From NCBI GenBank assembly GCA_009914755.4, contig CP086569.2:62144001-62208000 (forward strand): 64,000 nucleotides of DNA, given 5' to 3'. The stretch comes from the human T2T-CHM13v2.0 reference genome, Homo sapiens. The notes beneath the pieces were generated by a model. That model saw nothing but the letters and a program-made list of their open reading frames with translations. It did not search any database and was not told where the DNA came from. Made by a program: the position numbers and the translations under genes. Below, one piece after another: positions 1-21,830 of this stretch (positions are counted from its first letter, which is position 1; every line of letters starts with the position of its first letter).

Positions 1-448
1 TAGAAGAAATGCTAAACAGGGTAATTCAATCATAAAGAGAAGGATGTTAAAGAGCAATAAGTAATCACCTGAAGGTACAAAACTCACTAGCAGTAGTAGG
101 TACACAGAAAAACACAGAATATTATAACACTGTAACTGTGGTGTGTAAACTACCCTTGTCCTAAGTAGAAAGAATAAATGATGGACCAATCAAAAACAAT
201 AACTACAACAACTCTTCAAGACATAGACAGTACAATAAGATATAAATAGGAACAAAAAAAATTAAAAAGCACGGGAACAAAGTTAAGGTATAGAGTTTTT
301 ATTAGTTTTCTCTTTGCTTGTATGTTCATTTATACAATAGTGTTTAGTTGTTATCAGCTTAAAATAATGGGTTATAAGCTAGTATTTACAAGTCTCATGG
401 TAACCTGAAATCAAAAGACATAAAAAAATACACTAAAAATAAAAGCAT
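1..448 (+). mobile_element. Older LINE-1 (L1PB/L1MA-like) ORF1-end/inter-ORF segment, upstream part of a split element
   Basis: A-rich degenerate sequence co-linear with the L1 ORF1 3' end/inter-ORF region. It continues at 751 after an Alu insertion. Same orientation as the L1 ORF2 start at 793-1000. Confidence 0.4.
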
Positions 449-750
<302 letters not shown>

Positions 751-1000
751 GCAAGAAATTAAATCATATTAACCGAGAAAATTAACCTTCACATGAAAGA
801 ACACACGAAGGAAAGAAGGATGAGAACATCACAAAACAACCAGAAAACAAATAACAAAATGACAGGAGTAAGTCCTTACTTATCAAACATAACATTGAAA
901 ATAAATGGACTAAACTCTCCAATCAAAAGACATAGACTGGCTGAATGGATAAAAAAAGTAATATCCTTTGATCTATTGGCTACAAGAGAAACACTTCACC
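751..1000 (+). mobile_element. Older LINE-1 ORF2 start (endonuclease N-terminus), interrupted at 1000 by the L1PA insertion
   Basis: Translation MTGVSPYLSNITLKINGLNSPIKRHRLAEWIKK...LATRETLH matches the L1 ORF2 N-terminus (MTGSNSHITILTLNINGLNSPIKRHRLA...QETHL). The reading frame resumes at 7045 (FKHTHRLKIKG...). Confidence 0.65.
988..1000. repeat. 13-bp target-site duplication GAAACACTTCACC (left copy) of the nested L1PA insertion
   Basis: Identical 13-mer at 988-1000 and 7032-7044, immediately flanking the inverted L1PA element. Confidence 0.7.
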
Positions 1001-7031
<6,031 letters not shown>

Positions 7032-7044
7032 GAAACACTTCACC
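7032..7044. repeat. 13-bp target-site duplication GAAACACTTCACC (right copy)
   Basis: Exact repeat of 988-1000. The downstream sequence continues the interrupted older L1 ORF2 reading frame. Confidence 0.7.
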
Positions 7045-11469
<4,425 letters not shown>

Positions 11470-11480
<11 letters not shown>

Positions 11481-11665
11481 TATATATATACACACACACT
11501 ATATATACACATAGTAGGTGGGTATGTATATATATACACATATATATGCTGATATATATATACATATATGTATAATGTATATATACATGCTGATATATAT
11601 ACATATACATATATATGCTGAAGATATATATATATACACATACCCACCTACTATGTACCCACAAA
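11470..11665. repeat. Complex (TA)n/(CA)n/(TATG)n microsatellite
   Basis: Runs of TATATATACACACAC..., ATATATGCTGATATATATACATATAT. It generates spurious Tyr/Ile-rich ORFs on both strands (11215-11664, 11459-11647, 11499-11687, 11518-11736). Confidence 0.85.
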
Positions 11666-11699
11666 AATTAAAAATTAAAAAAAACATACTGGTAACAGA

Positions 11700-12840
11700 T
11701 TTGCTGTCATCCTGGGCTTTGATGTTCCATTTCTAGAGCATAGGCAGAGTAAATGTAGCATAATTTTTAAGGGCCCAAGGACTTTCAGAATGATAAATGA
11801 CCATTGGCTTCAACTTAATATCACCAGCTGCATTAGCCCTTAACAAGAGAGTCAGCCTGTCCTTAGAAGCTTTGAAGTCAGGCATTGACTTCTCTCTAGC
11901 TATGAAAGTTCTAGATGGCATATTCTTCCAACAGAAGACTGTTTCATCAACATTGAAATTCTATTGCTTAGTGTAGCCACCTTTATCAGTTTTCTGAGCT
12001 AGATCTTCTGCAGCTTCTCCATCAGCACTTGCTGCTTCACCTTGCACTTTTGTTATGGAAATGGCTTCTTTCCTTAAATCTCATGAACCAGCCTCTGCTA
12101 GCTTCAGACTTTTCTTCTGCAGCTTCCTTGCTTCATAGAATTGAACAGAGTAAAGGCCTTGCTCTGGATTTGGCTTAATGGAATATTGTGGCTGGTTTCA
12201 GCTATCTAGACCACGAAAACGTTCTCCGGATAAGCAATAAGGCTGTTTCACTTTCTTATCATTTATTTGTTTACTGGAGTAGCACTTTTAATCTTGTTCA
12301 GGAACTTTTTCTTTGCATTCACAACTTGGCCGGTTGGCACAAAAAGCCTAGCTTTCAGCCTGTCCTGCCTTCCGACATGTCTTTTTTACTAAGCTTTATC
12401 ATTTCTAGCTTTTGATTTAAAGGAGAGACATGTAACTTTTCCTTTCATTTGAACATGTAAAGGCCATTGTAAGGTTATTAATTGGCCTAATTTCCATACT
12501 GTTGTATTTTAGGGAATAGGGAGCCCTGAGGAGAAGGAAAGAGATGAGGGATGGCCAGTCAGTGGAGCAGTCAGAACACACACAACATTGATCAGTTAAC
12601 TTTGCTGTCATATATGAGTGCAGTTTGTGGCACCCTGAAAGAACTGTAATGGTAACGTCAAAGATAATTGAATATAGATCTGTAATAGTAACATCAAAGA
12701 TAACTGATTATAGATCACCATAACAAATATAATAGTAATGAAAAAGTTTGAAATACTGTAAGAATTACCCAAATGTGACACTGAGACATGAAGTGAGTAC
12801 ATGCTGTTAGAAAAACGGTATAGAGTGTCCACAAATCTTC
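11700..12840 (-). mobile_element. Tigger1 (pogo/Tc1-mariner-like DNA transposon) 5' portion, including a transposase remnant
   Basis: Minus-strand ORF 11733-11921 [54 protein letters not shown] matches the Tigger1/pogo (CENP-B-like) transposase. 12420-12830 matches the Tigger1 5' terminal region (GGCACCCTGAAAGAACTGTAATGGTAACGTCAAAGATAA...). Confidence 0.6.
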
Positions 12841-12844
12841 AATT

Positions 12845-12885
12845 TGAAAAAAAAACACACACACACAAACAAACAAACAAAATCT
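12845..12885. repeat. (CA)n/(CAAA)n simple repeat
   Basis: AAAAAAAAACACACACACACAAACAAACAAACAAA. Confidence 0.8.
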
Positions 12886-12899
12886 CTGCAAAGCACATT

Positions 12900-15500
12900 A
12901 ATCCAAGGCACAATAAAATGAGGTATGCCTGTATTAATAATTTCTATCTTCTTTTTTTCTTGGTTAGCCTGGCTAGAGGTTTACTAATTTTATTGATCTT
13001 TTCAAAGAACTAGATTTGGGTTTCATTGATTTTCTCTCTTAATTTCTTGTTTTCAATTTCTTTGATTGCTGCCCTAATTTTACTATTTTATTTCTTCTAC
13101 TTAATTTGGACTTAACTTGCCTTTCTTTTCTAGTTTCCTCAGGTAAAAGTTTATATTATTGATTTTATATCTTTCTTTCTAATATGTCCATTAAATGCTA
13201 TAAATAGCCTTCTAAGCACTGCTTTTGCTACATTCTGAAAATTTTGATAAATTATACTTTTATTTTCATTTAATTAAAAAAAATTTAACTTTTTCTGAGA
13301 TTTTATTTTTGAACAATGTGTTATTTATATGTATGTTTTTTAATCTCCAAATGTTTTGGAGGTTTTCTTCCTATTTTTCTGTTACTAATGACTAGTTTAA
13401 TTCCAATATGGTCTAAGAGAATACTTTGTATGATTTTAATTATTTTTAATTTGTTAAGGTGTGTTTTAAAGCCCAAGATGTGATTTATCTTGATAAATGT
13501 TCCACATTTATAGAATTTATAGAATTGACATTCTATGTCAATCAGGTCCAGTTAATTAACAGTGCTTTCAGTCCAATTATATCCTGATTTTCTGCCTGCT
13601 GAATCTGTTGCTTTTTGAGAGAAGGATGTTGAAATTTCCAACTATAAAAGTGGATTATTTCTTGCAGTTCTATCAGTTTTGGCCTCATCTATTTTAATGC
13701 TGTTTTTAGGCACAGATACATGAAGGATTGTTGTTTCTTCTTAGAGAATTGACCCCTTTATTATGTAATGACCATTTTTATCCCTGAAGATTTTTCTTGC
13801 TCTGAAATCTGCTTCATGCGATATTGATACAGCTATTCAAGCTTTCTTTTGATTGCTGACAGCATGGCATATATTTCTCTAACCCTTTACTTTTAATATA
13901 TCTGGGTCTTTATATTTAAATTGGATTTCTTGTAGACAACATATAGTTGGTTCTTTGTTTTTTATCCACTGTGATAATCTGTGTTTTAATTGGTGTATTT
14001 AGACCATTCACATTTAAAGTCATTATTGATGTGGTTTGATTAATATGTACCTTTTTATAATTGTTCTCTTTTTCCACCGGTTCTTTATCTTTTTCTATCT
14101 TCCACTCTTTTTTTTTCTTTCCTGGTTTAAGTTGAACATATTATATGATTCAATGTTCTCTTTTCTCTTAGCATATTGTTTGTTTCCTTTGAAAAATTTT
14201 AAGTGGTTGTCCTAGAGTTTGCAATATGCATTTACAACTAATCTAAATCTACTTTCAAATAACACCATACTGGTTCACAGAAAGTGCAGGTACCTTATAA
14301 AAAATATTCCTAGTTCCTCTCTCCTATCCCTTAAACATTTCTGTCATATATTTCACTTATTCATAAGCGATATCCAACATATCATTGCTCTTATTATTTT
14401 GAACAAACTTTTACCTGTTAGGCCACTGAAACATAAGAAAAATAAAATATTTTATTTTACCTTCATTTATGTATTTTTGAACACTCTTCCTTTGTAATCC
14501 AGATCCATGTGTCTGACCTATATCATTTTCCTTCTCCCTGAAGGAGAAGGCCTTCTTTTAACATTTTTTTACAAGACAAGCCTACTGGTGACACATTTCC
14601 TCAAGTTTTGTTTGTATGAGAAAGTCTTTATTTCTCCTTCACTTTGAAGGACAGTTTAATTGGATATAGAACTCTAGGTTGGTGGGTTTTTTTCTTTCAA
14701 CACTTTAAATACTTCGTTCCACTTTCTTCTTGCTTTCATGGTATCTGATAAGTTTCTGAAATTCTTACCCTTGTTCTTCTAACGATAAGATGTTTTCCCC
14801 CTCTGGCTTCCTTCAAGATTTTCTCTTTATCTTTGCTTTCCTGTAGTTTAAATATGATATGCTTAAGTGTAGTTTTTTGTTTGTTTATTTTGGTATTTCT
14901 CCTGCTTGGTATTCACTGAGCTTCTTTGCATCTGTGGTTTGGTATCTGTTAATAATTTTGGAATATTCTCAGCCATTATTATTTCAAATATTTATTTTGT
15001 TTCTTTCTCTCTTTCTTCTTCTGGGATTCCTATTACATGTATATCACATCTTCTGTAGTTGTCACACAGTTCTTGAATATTCTATTTTTTCACTAATTTT
15101 TCTCTTCGATTTTCAGCTTGGGAAGCTAATATTGCCATATCTTCAGTTTCACTGATCTTTTCCTGGACCATGTCTAGTCTACTGGTGAGCCCATCAAAGA
15201 CATTATGTATGTAATAGTGTTTTTTTGTTTCTAGCATTTGCTTATTTGCTTTTGATTCTTTCTTAGAATTTTCATCTATCTGCTTGTATTATCTGTCTAT
15301 TTTTGAATGTTGTTCACTTTTTCCATTACAGCCCTTAACATATTAGTTATACCTATTTTAAATTTCTGGTCTTATAATTCCTAAATTTCTGCTGCATCCA
15401 AGTGTGGCTGTGATGCTTACCTTGTCTCTTCAGACTGGTTGTTTTTTTGTTCTTTGGTTATCCAATCCACCATTGATGGGCATCTAGATTGATTCCATGT
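12900..15500 (-). mobile_element. Older LINE-1 (L1M/L1PB class) fragment, ORF2-5'/ORF1/upstream region in reverse orientation
   Basis: 12950-13020 is the reverse complement of the L1 ORF2 start region (TTGGTTAGCCTGGCTAGAGGTTTACTAATTTTATTGATCTTTTCAAAGAAC). 15460-15520 has the CCACCATTGATGGGCATCTAGATTGATTCCATGTGTTTGC L1 motif. T-rich strand typical of inverted L1. Confidence 0.45.
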
Positions 15501-15539
15501 GTTTGCTAGCAAATATTTGTTGAACATCAGTATGATTCA

Positions 15540-16080
15540 GGCAGGGTGCTAGTTATCTGTGAAACAATGGTGAGCACAATAGAAATAATCCTTGTCATTA
15601 TGAGACTCATAATCTAGAGGTAAGATGCAGACAAGTAAACAGACAACTATAATACAATGTAAAAAATGCCATAATGAGGATCATACAGAGTACTATGTAA
15701 GAACATAGAAAGGGCAATATAACGCAGATGGGGAGTTAGGGAAGGCTTTCTAGGAAGAAGTTATGATCAAGGTGAGACCTAAAGGATAAATAGGAGCTAA
15801 CCAAATAAAGAATGAATAAAAAATGTTCCAAACATGTTTGAAGACCTGGATGTGATAGTTAGGAAACTGAAGAAGTTCACTGTGGCTGGATTGTGAATGT
15901 GACTGGGGGATAGAGAACAGGGTGGCAAAAATAAGACTGGAGAGGACCCAAATCATGTGAAGCCTTTTGCTCATAGTAAGGAGTTTAGAATTTATCCTGA
16001 GGTAAGTGAGGAGGTGTTGAAAGAATTTAAGCAAGTGAGTGATACAATATGAATTGTACTTTAGGAAGATTCTCTACCTT
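15540..16080 (-). mobile_element. LINE-2 (L2) fragment
   Basis: Similarity to the ancient L2 3' region family (…CAATGGTGAGCACAATAGAAATAATCCTTGTCATTATGAGACTCATAATCTAGAGG…), and to the larger copy at 27420-29600. Confidence 0.35.
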
Positions 16081-16239
16081 CAAAATGGGGTATGAATTGG
16101 AATGTGGGAATATAAGAGTGTATTTAACCTTATATTATTACCACCTCTGATTTCTATTTTTAATTAAATTTGAGTTACCCAAGTATATTTGAATGCACTC
16201 ACCTTTAAAAAATAATTAGGACCTAATTCTCACACCTTG

Positions 16240-16615
16240 TATAAAAATCCATGCAAAATAGATCATGGATTTAAATGTAAACTGTAAAACATTTTTGGAA
16301 GTAAACATAGGATAAAATTTTGGGGAACTACAGGTGGATAAAGAGTTCTTATACCTGAGACCAAAAGCACAAATCTTTAAAAGAAAACAATTGCTAAATT
16401 AGACTTTATCAAAATGAAAAAAATGCACTGGGAAAAAGATGTTAAGAGGATGAAAAAACAAGGTGCAGACTGGGAAAAAAAAATGCTTGCAAGTCACAAC
16501 TGCAATAGATAATTTGTTTCCACAATATATATAAAGTGTGCTTGGAACTCAACAGTAAAAAAAAATCAAACAATCCAATTAGAAAGTGGTCAAAAACATG
16601 AACAGACATTGAACT
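16240..16615 (+). mobile_element. Old L1M ORF2 fragment
   Basis: Degenerate translation resembling L1 ORF2 (…WEKDVKRMKKQGADWEKKML…NPIRKWSKT…). Immediately upstream of the L1PA 5' end. Confidence 0.4.
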
Positions 16616-16617
16616 AA

Positions 16618-18223
16618 AGAAAACAAATAGGACAGGCCAAGATGGTCGATTAGAAGCAGCTTCAGTCCATGGCTTTCATGGAGAGGAATGAAAATGGTGA
16701 GTGAATTCTGCACCTTCAACTGAGGGATCCAGGTTCTCACATTGGGACTGACTAGGCAGATGGCTCGACCCATGGACAGCAAGGAAAGCAGGGTGGGGTG
16801 ATGGCCCACCCAGAAGTGGTACAGAGCCAGGACAGCCCCACCCCCAGCCAAGGGAGTTGGTGAGTGATCATGCAATTCTTCCTGGGAAACCACGCTTTTC
16901 CCACAGATCTTTGCAACCTGCAGATCAGGAGATCCCCTTGTGAGCCCACACCACCAGGGCCTTGGGTCTGAAGCACAGGGCTGTATAGAGTCTCAGCAAA
17001 GTAGCTGATCAGGCACACACAGAGACACAGGAGCTTTGCATACTCCACCCTGGAAATTCCAGTTGAGGTGGGATATCATTTGTACATTCCCCTAGGAAGG
17101 GGGCTGAATAAAGGGAGCCAACTGGCATTGTTCTGTGGGCCCCACTTCCATGGAACCTCACAAGTCACAACCCACTGGGTTAGAATTCCAGCTGGCCAGA
17201 GGCAGCAGGCTGGAGATGGCCAGAGGCAGCAGGCTGGAGACAGCCTGAGATGGATTGAGTTCCTGGGGGGAGGGGCAGATGCCATCTCTATGGTTCAAGT
17301 CAGCCATTCTAGCCTGCTGGCTCCAGAGAGTCCAGGTGGTACAGACCAGCAGGAGTTCTCCATAAGGAAGCACAGCTGCTGCTGTGCCGGATCATGGCCA
17401 GACTACTTCTTTAAGTGAGATCCCAACCCATCTCTCCTCACTGGGATGTGTGGGGAGGGGCTCCCTGTGGGAATTTCAGCAATTCCGACCAGGGTTATAT
17501 GGACATAACTCTGATCTCTCCCTGAGATGGAGCCCCCAGGGGGAGGGGCAACCACTGTCTCTGCAGTTCAGCTGACAGCATTTCCACCTGCTGGCTCTGG
17601 AGAGTCTGGGTGGTTTGGACGAGGTGGAAGGATTCCCCCTAGTGCAGCACATCTGCTCAGCCAAAGGGCAGCCAGACTGCTTCTTGAAGCTGGCCCCTGA
17701 TCCCATTCCTCCTGACTGGGTGAGATCTCCCAACAGGGGTCTCCAGATACCTCCTAGAGGAGTGTTCAGACCAGCATCAGGTCGGTGACCACTGGGATGG
17801 AGCTTTCAGAAGAAGGAGCCGGCTGCCATCTTTGCTGTTTTGCAGCCTTCACTGGTGTTACATCCAGGTGAGGGAGGGACCAAGGTGACTAGGGTCTGGA
17901 GTGGACCCCCAGCAAACTGCAGCAGTCCTGTGGAAGAGTGGCCTGACTGTTAAAAGAGAAACAAACAAACAGGAAGCAACAGCAACAACAACAAAAAAGA
18001 CCCCACAAAAACCCCCATTCAAAGGCCAGCAACCTCAAAGATTGAAGATAAACCCACAAAGATGAGAAAGAATCAATGCAAAAACACTGAAAACTCAAAA
18101 TGCCAGAGTGCCTCTTCTCCTCCAAGTGACTACACCACCTTTCCAACAAGGGCACAGAACTGGGCTGAGGCTGAGATGGCTAGATTGACAGAAGTGGGCT
18201 TCATAAGGCAAGTAATAATGTGT
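16618..18223 (+). mobile_element. LINE-1 (older L1PA subfamily) 5'UTR plus ORF1 start, part 1 of an element split by an LTR insertion
   Basis: GGACAGGCCAAGATGGTCGATTAGAAGCAGCTTCAG… L1PA-type 5'UTR. ORF1 N-terminus at 18062-: MRKNQCKNTENSKCQSASSPPSDYTTFPTRAQNWAEAEMARLTEVGF. Confidence 0.8.
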
Positions 18224-19245
18224 TGTGGGAAGTCAGGGACTCCGAACAGAGGGACCAGCTGGAGCTGCAGCAGAGGAACATAAATTATGAAGATTTCACT
18301 TTAATATGGACATATATCAGTTCCCAAAATTAATACTTTTATAATTTCTTACGCCTGTCTTGCTTTAATCTCTTAATCCTATTATCTTCATAAGCTGAGG
18401 ATGTATGTCACCTCAGGACCACTATTGTGTTAACTGTACAAATTGATTGTAAAACATTTGTGTTTGAACAATATGAAATCAGTGCACCTTGAAAAAGAAC
18501 AGAATAACAGCAATTTTAGGGAGCAAGGGAAGACAACCATAAGGTCTGACTGCCTGCGGGGTCAGGCAGAATAGAGCCATATTTTTCTTCTTGCAGAGAG
18601 CCTATAAACGGACGTGCAAGTAGGGAAGATATTGCTAAATTCTTTTCCTAGCAAGGAATATTAATAATTAAGACCCTGGGAAAGGAATGCATTCCTGGGT
18701 GGAGGTCTATAGACAGCCGCTCTGGGAGTGTCTGTCTTATGTGGTTGAGATAAGGACTGAAATACGCCCTGGTCTCCTGCAGTACCCTCAGGCTTACTAC
18801 GGTGGGGAAAAACCCCACCCTGGTGAATTCAAGGTCAGACCGGTTCTCTGCTCTCGAACCCTGTTTTCTGTTGTTTAAGATGTTTATCAAGACAATAATA
18901 CGTGCACAGCTGAACATAGACCCTTATCAGTAGTTATGTTTTGCCTTTTGTCCTGTTTCCTCAGAAACATGTGATCTTTGTTCTCCTTTTTGCCCCTTGA
19001 ATCATGTGATCTTTGTGACCTACTCCCTGTTCATACACCCCCTCCCCTTTTGAAACCCTTAATAAAAACCTGCTGGTTTTGTGGCTCAGGTGGGCATCAC
19101 GGTCCTACCGATATGTGATGTCACCCCGGAGGCCCAGCTGTAAAATTCCTCTGTTTGTACTCTTTCTCTTTATTTCTCAGCCGGCCGACACTTATGGAAA
19201 ATAGAAAGAACCTATGTTGAAATATTGGGGGTGGGTTTCCCCGAT
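18224..19245 (+). mobile_element. Solo LTR of a HERV-K superfamily (class II ERV; MER9/HML-like) inserted into L1PA ORF1
   Basis: Begins TGTTGTGGGAAGTCAGGGACTCCGAACAGAGGGACCAGCTGGAGCTGC, typical of HERV-K-group LTR 5' ends. Ends ..TTCCCCGATA. ~1.0 kb. AATAAA at ~19063. Flanked by short direct repeat (A)TAATG on both sides (18219-18223 / 19247-19251). L1 ORF1 sequence resumes exactly after it. Confidence 0.5.
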
Positions 19246-21483
19246 AATAATGAACTTCACTAAGCTAAAGGAGCATGTTTTAACCCAATGCAAAAAAGCT
19301 AAGAATCATGAAAACAATGATACAGGAGCTGATAACCAGGATAGCCAGTTAAGAGAGGAGCATAAATGACGTGATGGAGCTGAAAAACACAACAGGAGAA
19401 CTTCACAAAGCAATCACAAGTATCAATGGCAGAATACACTAAGTGAAGGAAAGACTCTCAGAGCTTGAAGGCTATCTTTCTGAAATAAGACAGGTGGACA
19501 AGAAAAGAGAAAAAAGAATGAAAGGGAACAAACAAAACCTCCAAGAACTATGGGATTATGTAAAAAGACTGAACCTATGACTGATTGGGGTACCTGAAAG
19601 AGATGCGGAGAACAGAAACAAGTTGGAAAACATACTTCACAATATCATCCAGAAGAAATTCCCCAACCTAGCAAGACAGGCCAACATTCAAATTCAGGAA
19701 ATCCAGAGAACCCCAGTAAGATGCTCCATGAGAAGATCAAACCCCAAGACACATAATCATCAGATTCTCCAAGGTCAAAATGAGAGAAAAAATGTAAAGG
19801 ACAGCCAGAGAGAAAGGCCAGGTCACCTACAAAGGGAAGCTCATCAGACTAACAGCAGGCCTCTCAGCAGAAACCCTACAAGCCAGAGATTGGGAGCCAG
19901 TATTCAACGTTCTTAAAAAAAGAATTTCCAACCCAGAACATCTGGCCAAACTGAGCTTCATAAGCAAAAGCGAAATAAGATCCTTTTCAGAAAAACAAAT
20001 GCTGAGGGAATTTATCACCACCAGGCCTCCCTTGCAAGAGCTCCTGAAGGAAGCACTAAATATGGAAAGGAAAAATCTTTGCCAGCCACTACTAAAACAC
20101 ACTGAAATACAGAGACCAGTGACACTATGAAGCAACTATATCAATAAGTCTGCAAAATAACCAGCTAGCATCATGATGACAGGATCAAATTCACGCATAA
20201 CAATATTAACCTTAAATGTAAATTAGCTAAATGCCCCAATTAAAAGACACAGAATGGCAAGCTGGATAAAGAGTGAAGACCCATCAGTATGCTATCTTCA
20301 AGAGACCCATCTCATGTACAAAGACACATGTAGGCACGAAATAAAGGGATGGAGGAAAATTTACCAAGCAAATGGAAAGCAGAAAAAAGCAGGGGTCACA
20401 ATTATAGAGTCTGACAAAATAGATTTTAGACCAACAAAGATCAAAAAAGACAAAGGGCATTACATAATGGTAAAGAGTTCAATTCATCAAGAAGAGCTAA
20501 CTATTCTAAATATATATGCACCCAATACAGAAGCACCCAGATTCATAAAGCAAGTTCTTAGAGACCTATGAAGAGACTTAGACTCCCACACAATAATACT
20601 AGGAGACTTTATCACTCCACTGTCAATATTAGACAGATCATTAAGATGGAAAATTAAGAAAGATATACAGGACCTGAACCCTGCTCTGGATCAAGCAGAC
20701 CTGACAGATATCTACTGAACTCTTCACCCAAAAACAATAGAATGTGCATCCCTTTCAATGCCACATGGCACTTACTCTAAAATTGATCACATAATTGTAA
20801 GTAAAACACTCCTCAGCAAATGCACAAGAGCTGAAATCGTAACAGTCTCTCAGACCACAGCACAAATTGGACCTCAAGATTAAGAAACTCACTCAAAATC
20901 ACACAACCACAAGGAAATTGAACAACCTGCTCCTGAATGACTTCTGAGTGAATAATGAAATTAAGGTGGAAATCAAGATGTTCTTTGAAACTAATGAGAA
21001 CAAAGAGGCAATGTGCCAGAATCCCTGGGACACAGCTAAAGCAGTGTTAAGAGGGATATTCACAGCATTAAATGCCCACATCAAAAAGCTAGAAAGATCT
21101 CAAATCAACAACCTAACATCACAACTAAAAGAACTAAAAGAACCCCAAAGCTAGCAGAAGACAAGAAATAACCAGCATCAGAGTAGAATTGAAGGAGACA
21201 GAGAAACAAAAAACCCTTCAAAAATCAACAAAACCAGGAGCTGGTTTTTTGAAAAAATTAATAAAATAGACTGCTAGCTAGACCAATAAAGAAGAAAAGA
21301 GAGAAGAATCAAATAGACACAATCAGAAATGGTAAGGGGGATATCACCACTGACCCCATAGAAATACAAACAACCATCGGAAAATGCTATAAACACCTCT
21401 GTGCAAATAAACTAGAAAATCTAGAAGAAATGGATAAATCCCTGGACACATACACCCTCCCAAGACTGAACCAGGAAGAAGCC
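19246..21483 (+). mobile_element. LINE-1 (L1PA) ORF1 remainder plus ORF2 5' portion (EN and beginning of RT), ending abruptly
   Basis: ORF1-like 19623-19916; ORF2 EN 20254-20571 (MASWIKSEDPSVCYLQETHLMYKDTCRHEIKGWRKIYQANGKQKKAGV…ILNIYAPNTEAPRFIKQVLRDL); 20948-21154. L1 similarity stops at ~21483 (…PRLNQEEA | CTAACCAGTGTGTCAGAGATC…). Confidence 0.8.
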
Positions 21484-21559
21484 TAACCAGTGTGTCAGAG
21501 ATCTAGGGGAATTGGCTCCCCATGGCAGTACTCTGAATTAGTTCTGGGGATGTGCACAT

Positions 21560-21830
21560 GGTCATGCCAAGTGTCTCTCCTCCAAGAGCTTCTGTTAGAC
21601 TAGAGGTATAAATGATGCTGAATAAGGGCCCCTGGACTTAATACCAGATAAGGCATGGAGATACGTGGACAACCTGGGCATGTTACTTGTTCTTCCTGGG
21701 CCACAGTTTCTTTATGTTTGAAATGGGGATGGCAGCACCTGCTTTCTTAGTAACACTGTGAGGGTAAAATATACATATAAAAATGCCTTAGAAATGTAAA
21801 GACCTGAGAGTTTTTGAGCAAACCAGAAAG
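21560..21830 (+). mobile_element. MIR SINE fragment
   Basis: CCACAGTTTCTTTATGTTTGAAATGGGGATGGCAGCACCTGCTTTCTTAGTAACACTGTGAGGGTAAA resembles the MIR core (CAGTTTCCTCATCTGTAAAATGGGGATAATAATAGTACCT…). Confidence 0.45.

Noticed and set aside
16618-18283. ORFs 16579-17048, 17068-17418, 17476-17733 in GC-rich sequence
   Set aside because: This is the L1PA 5'UTR (GC-rich, repeat-derived). The open frames are chance ORFs in GC-rich sequence.
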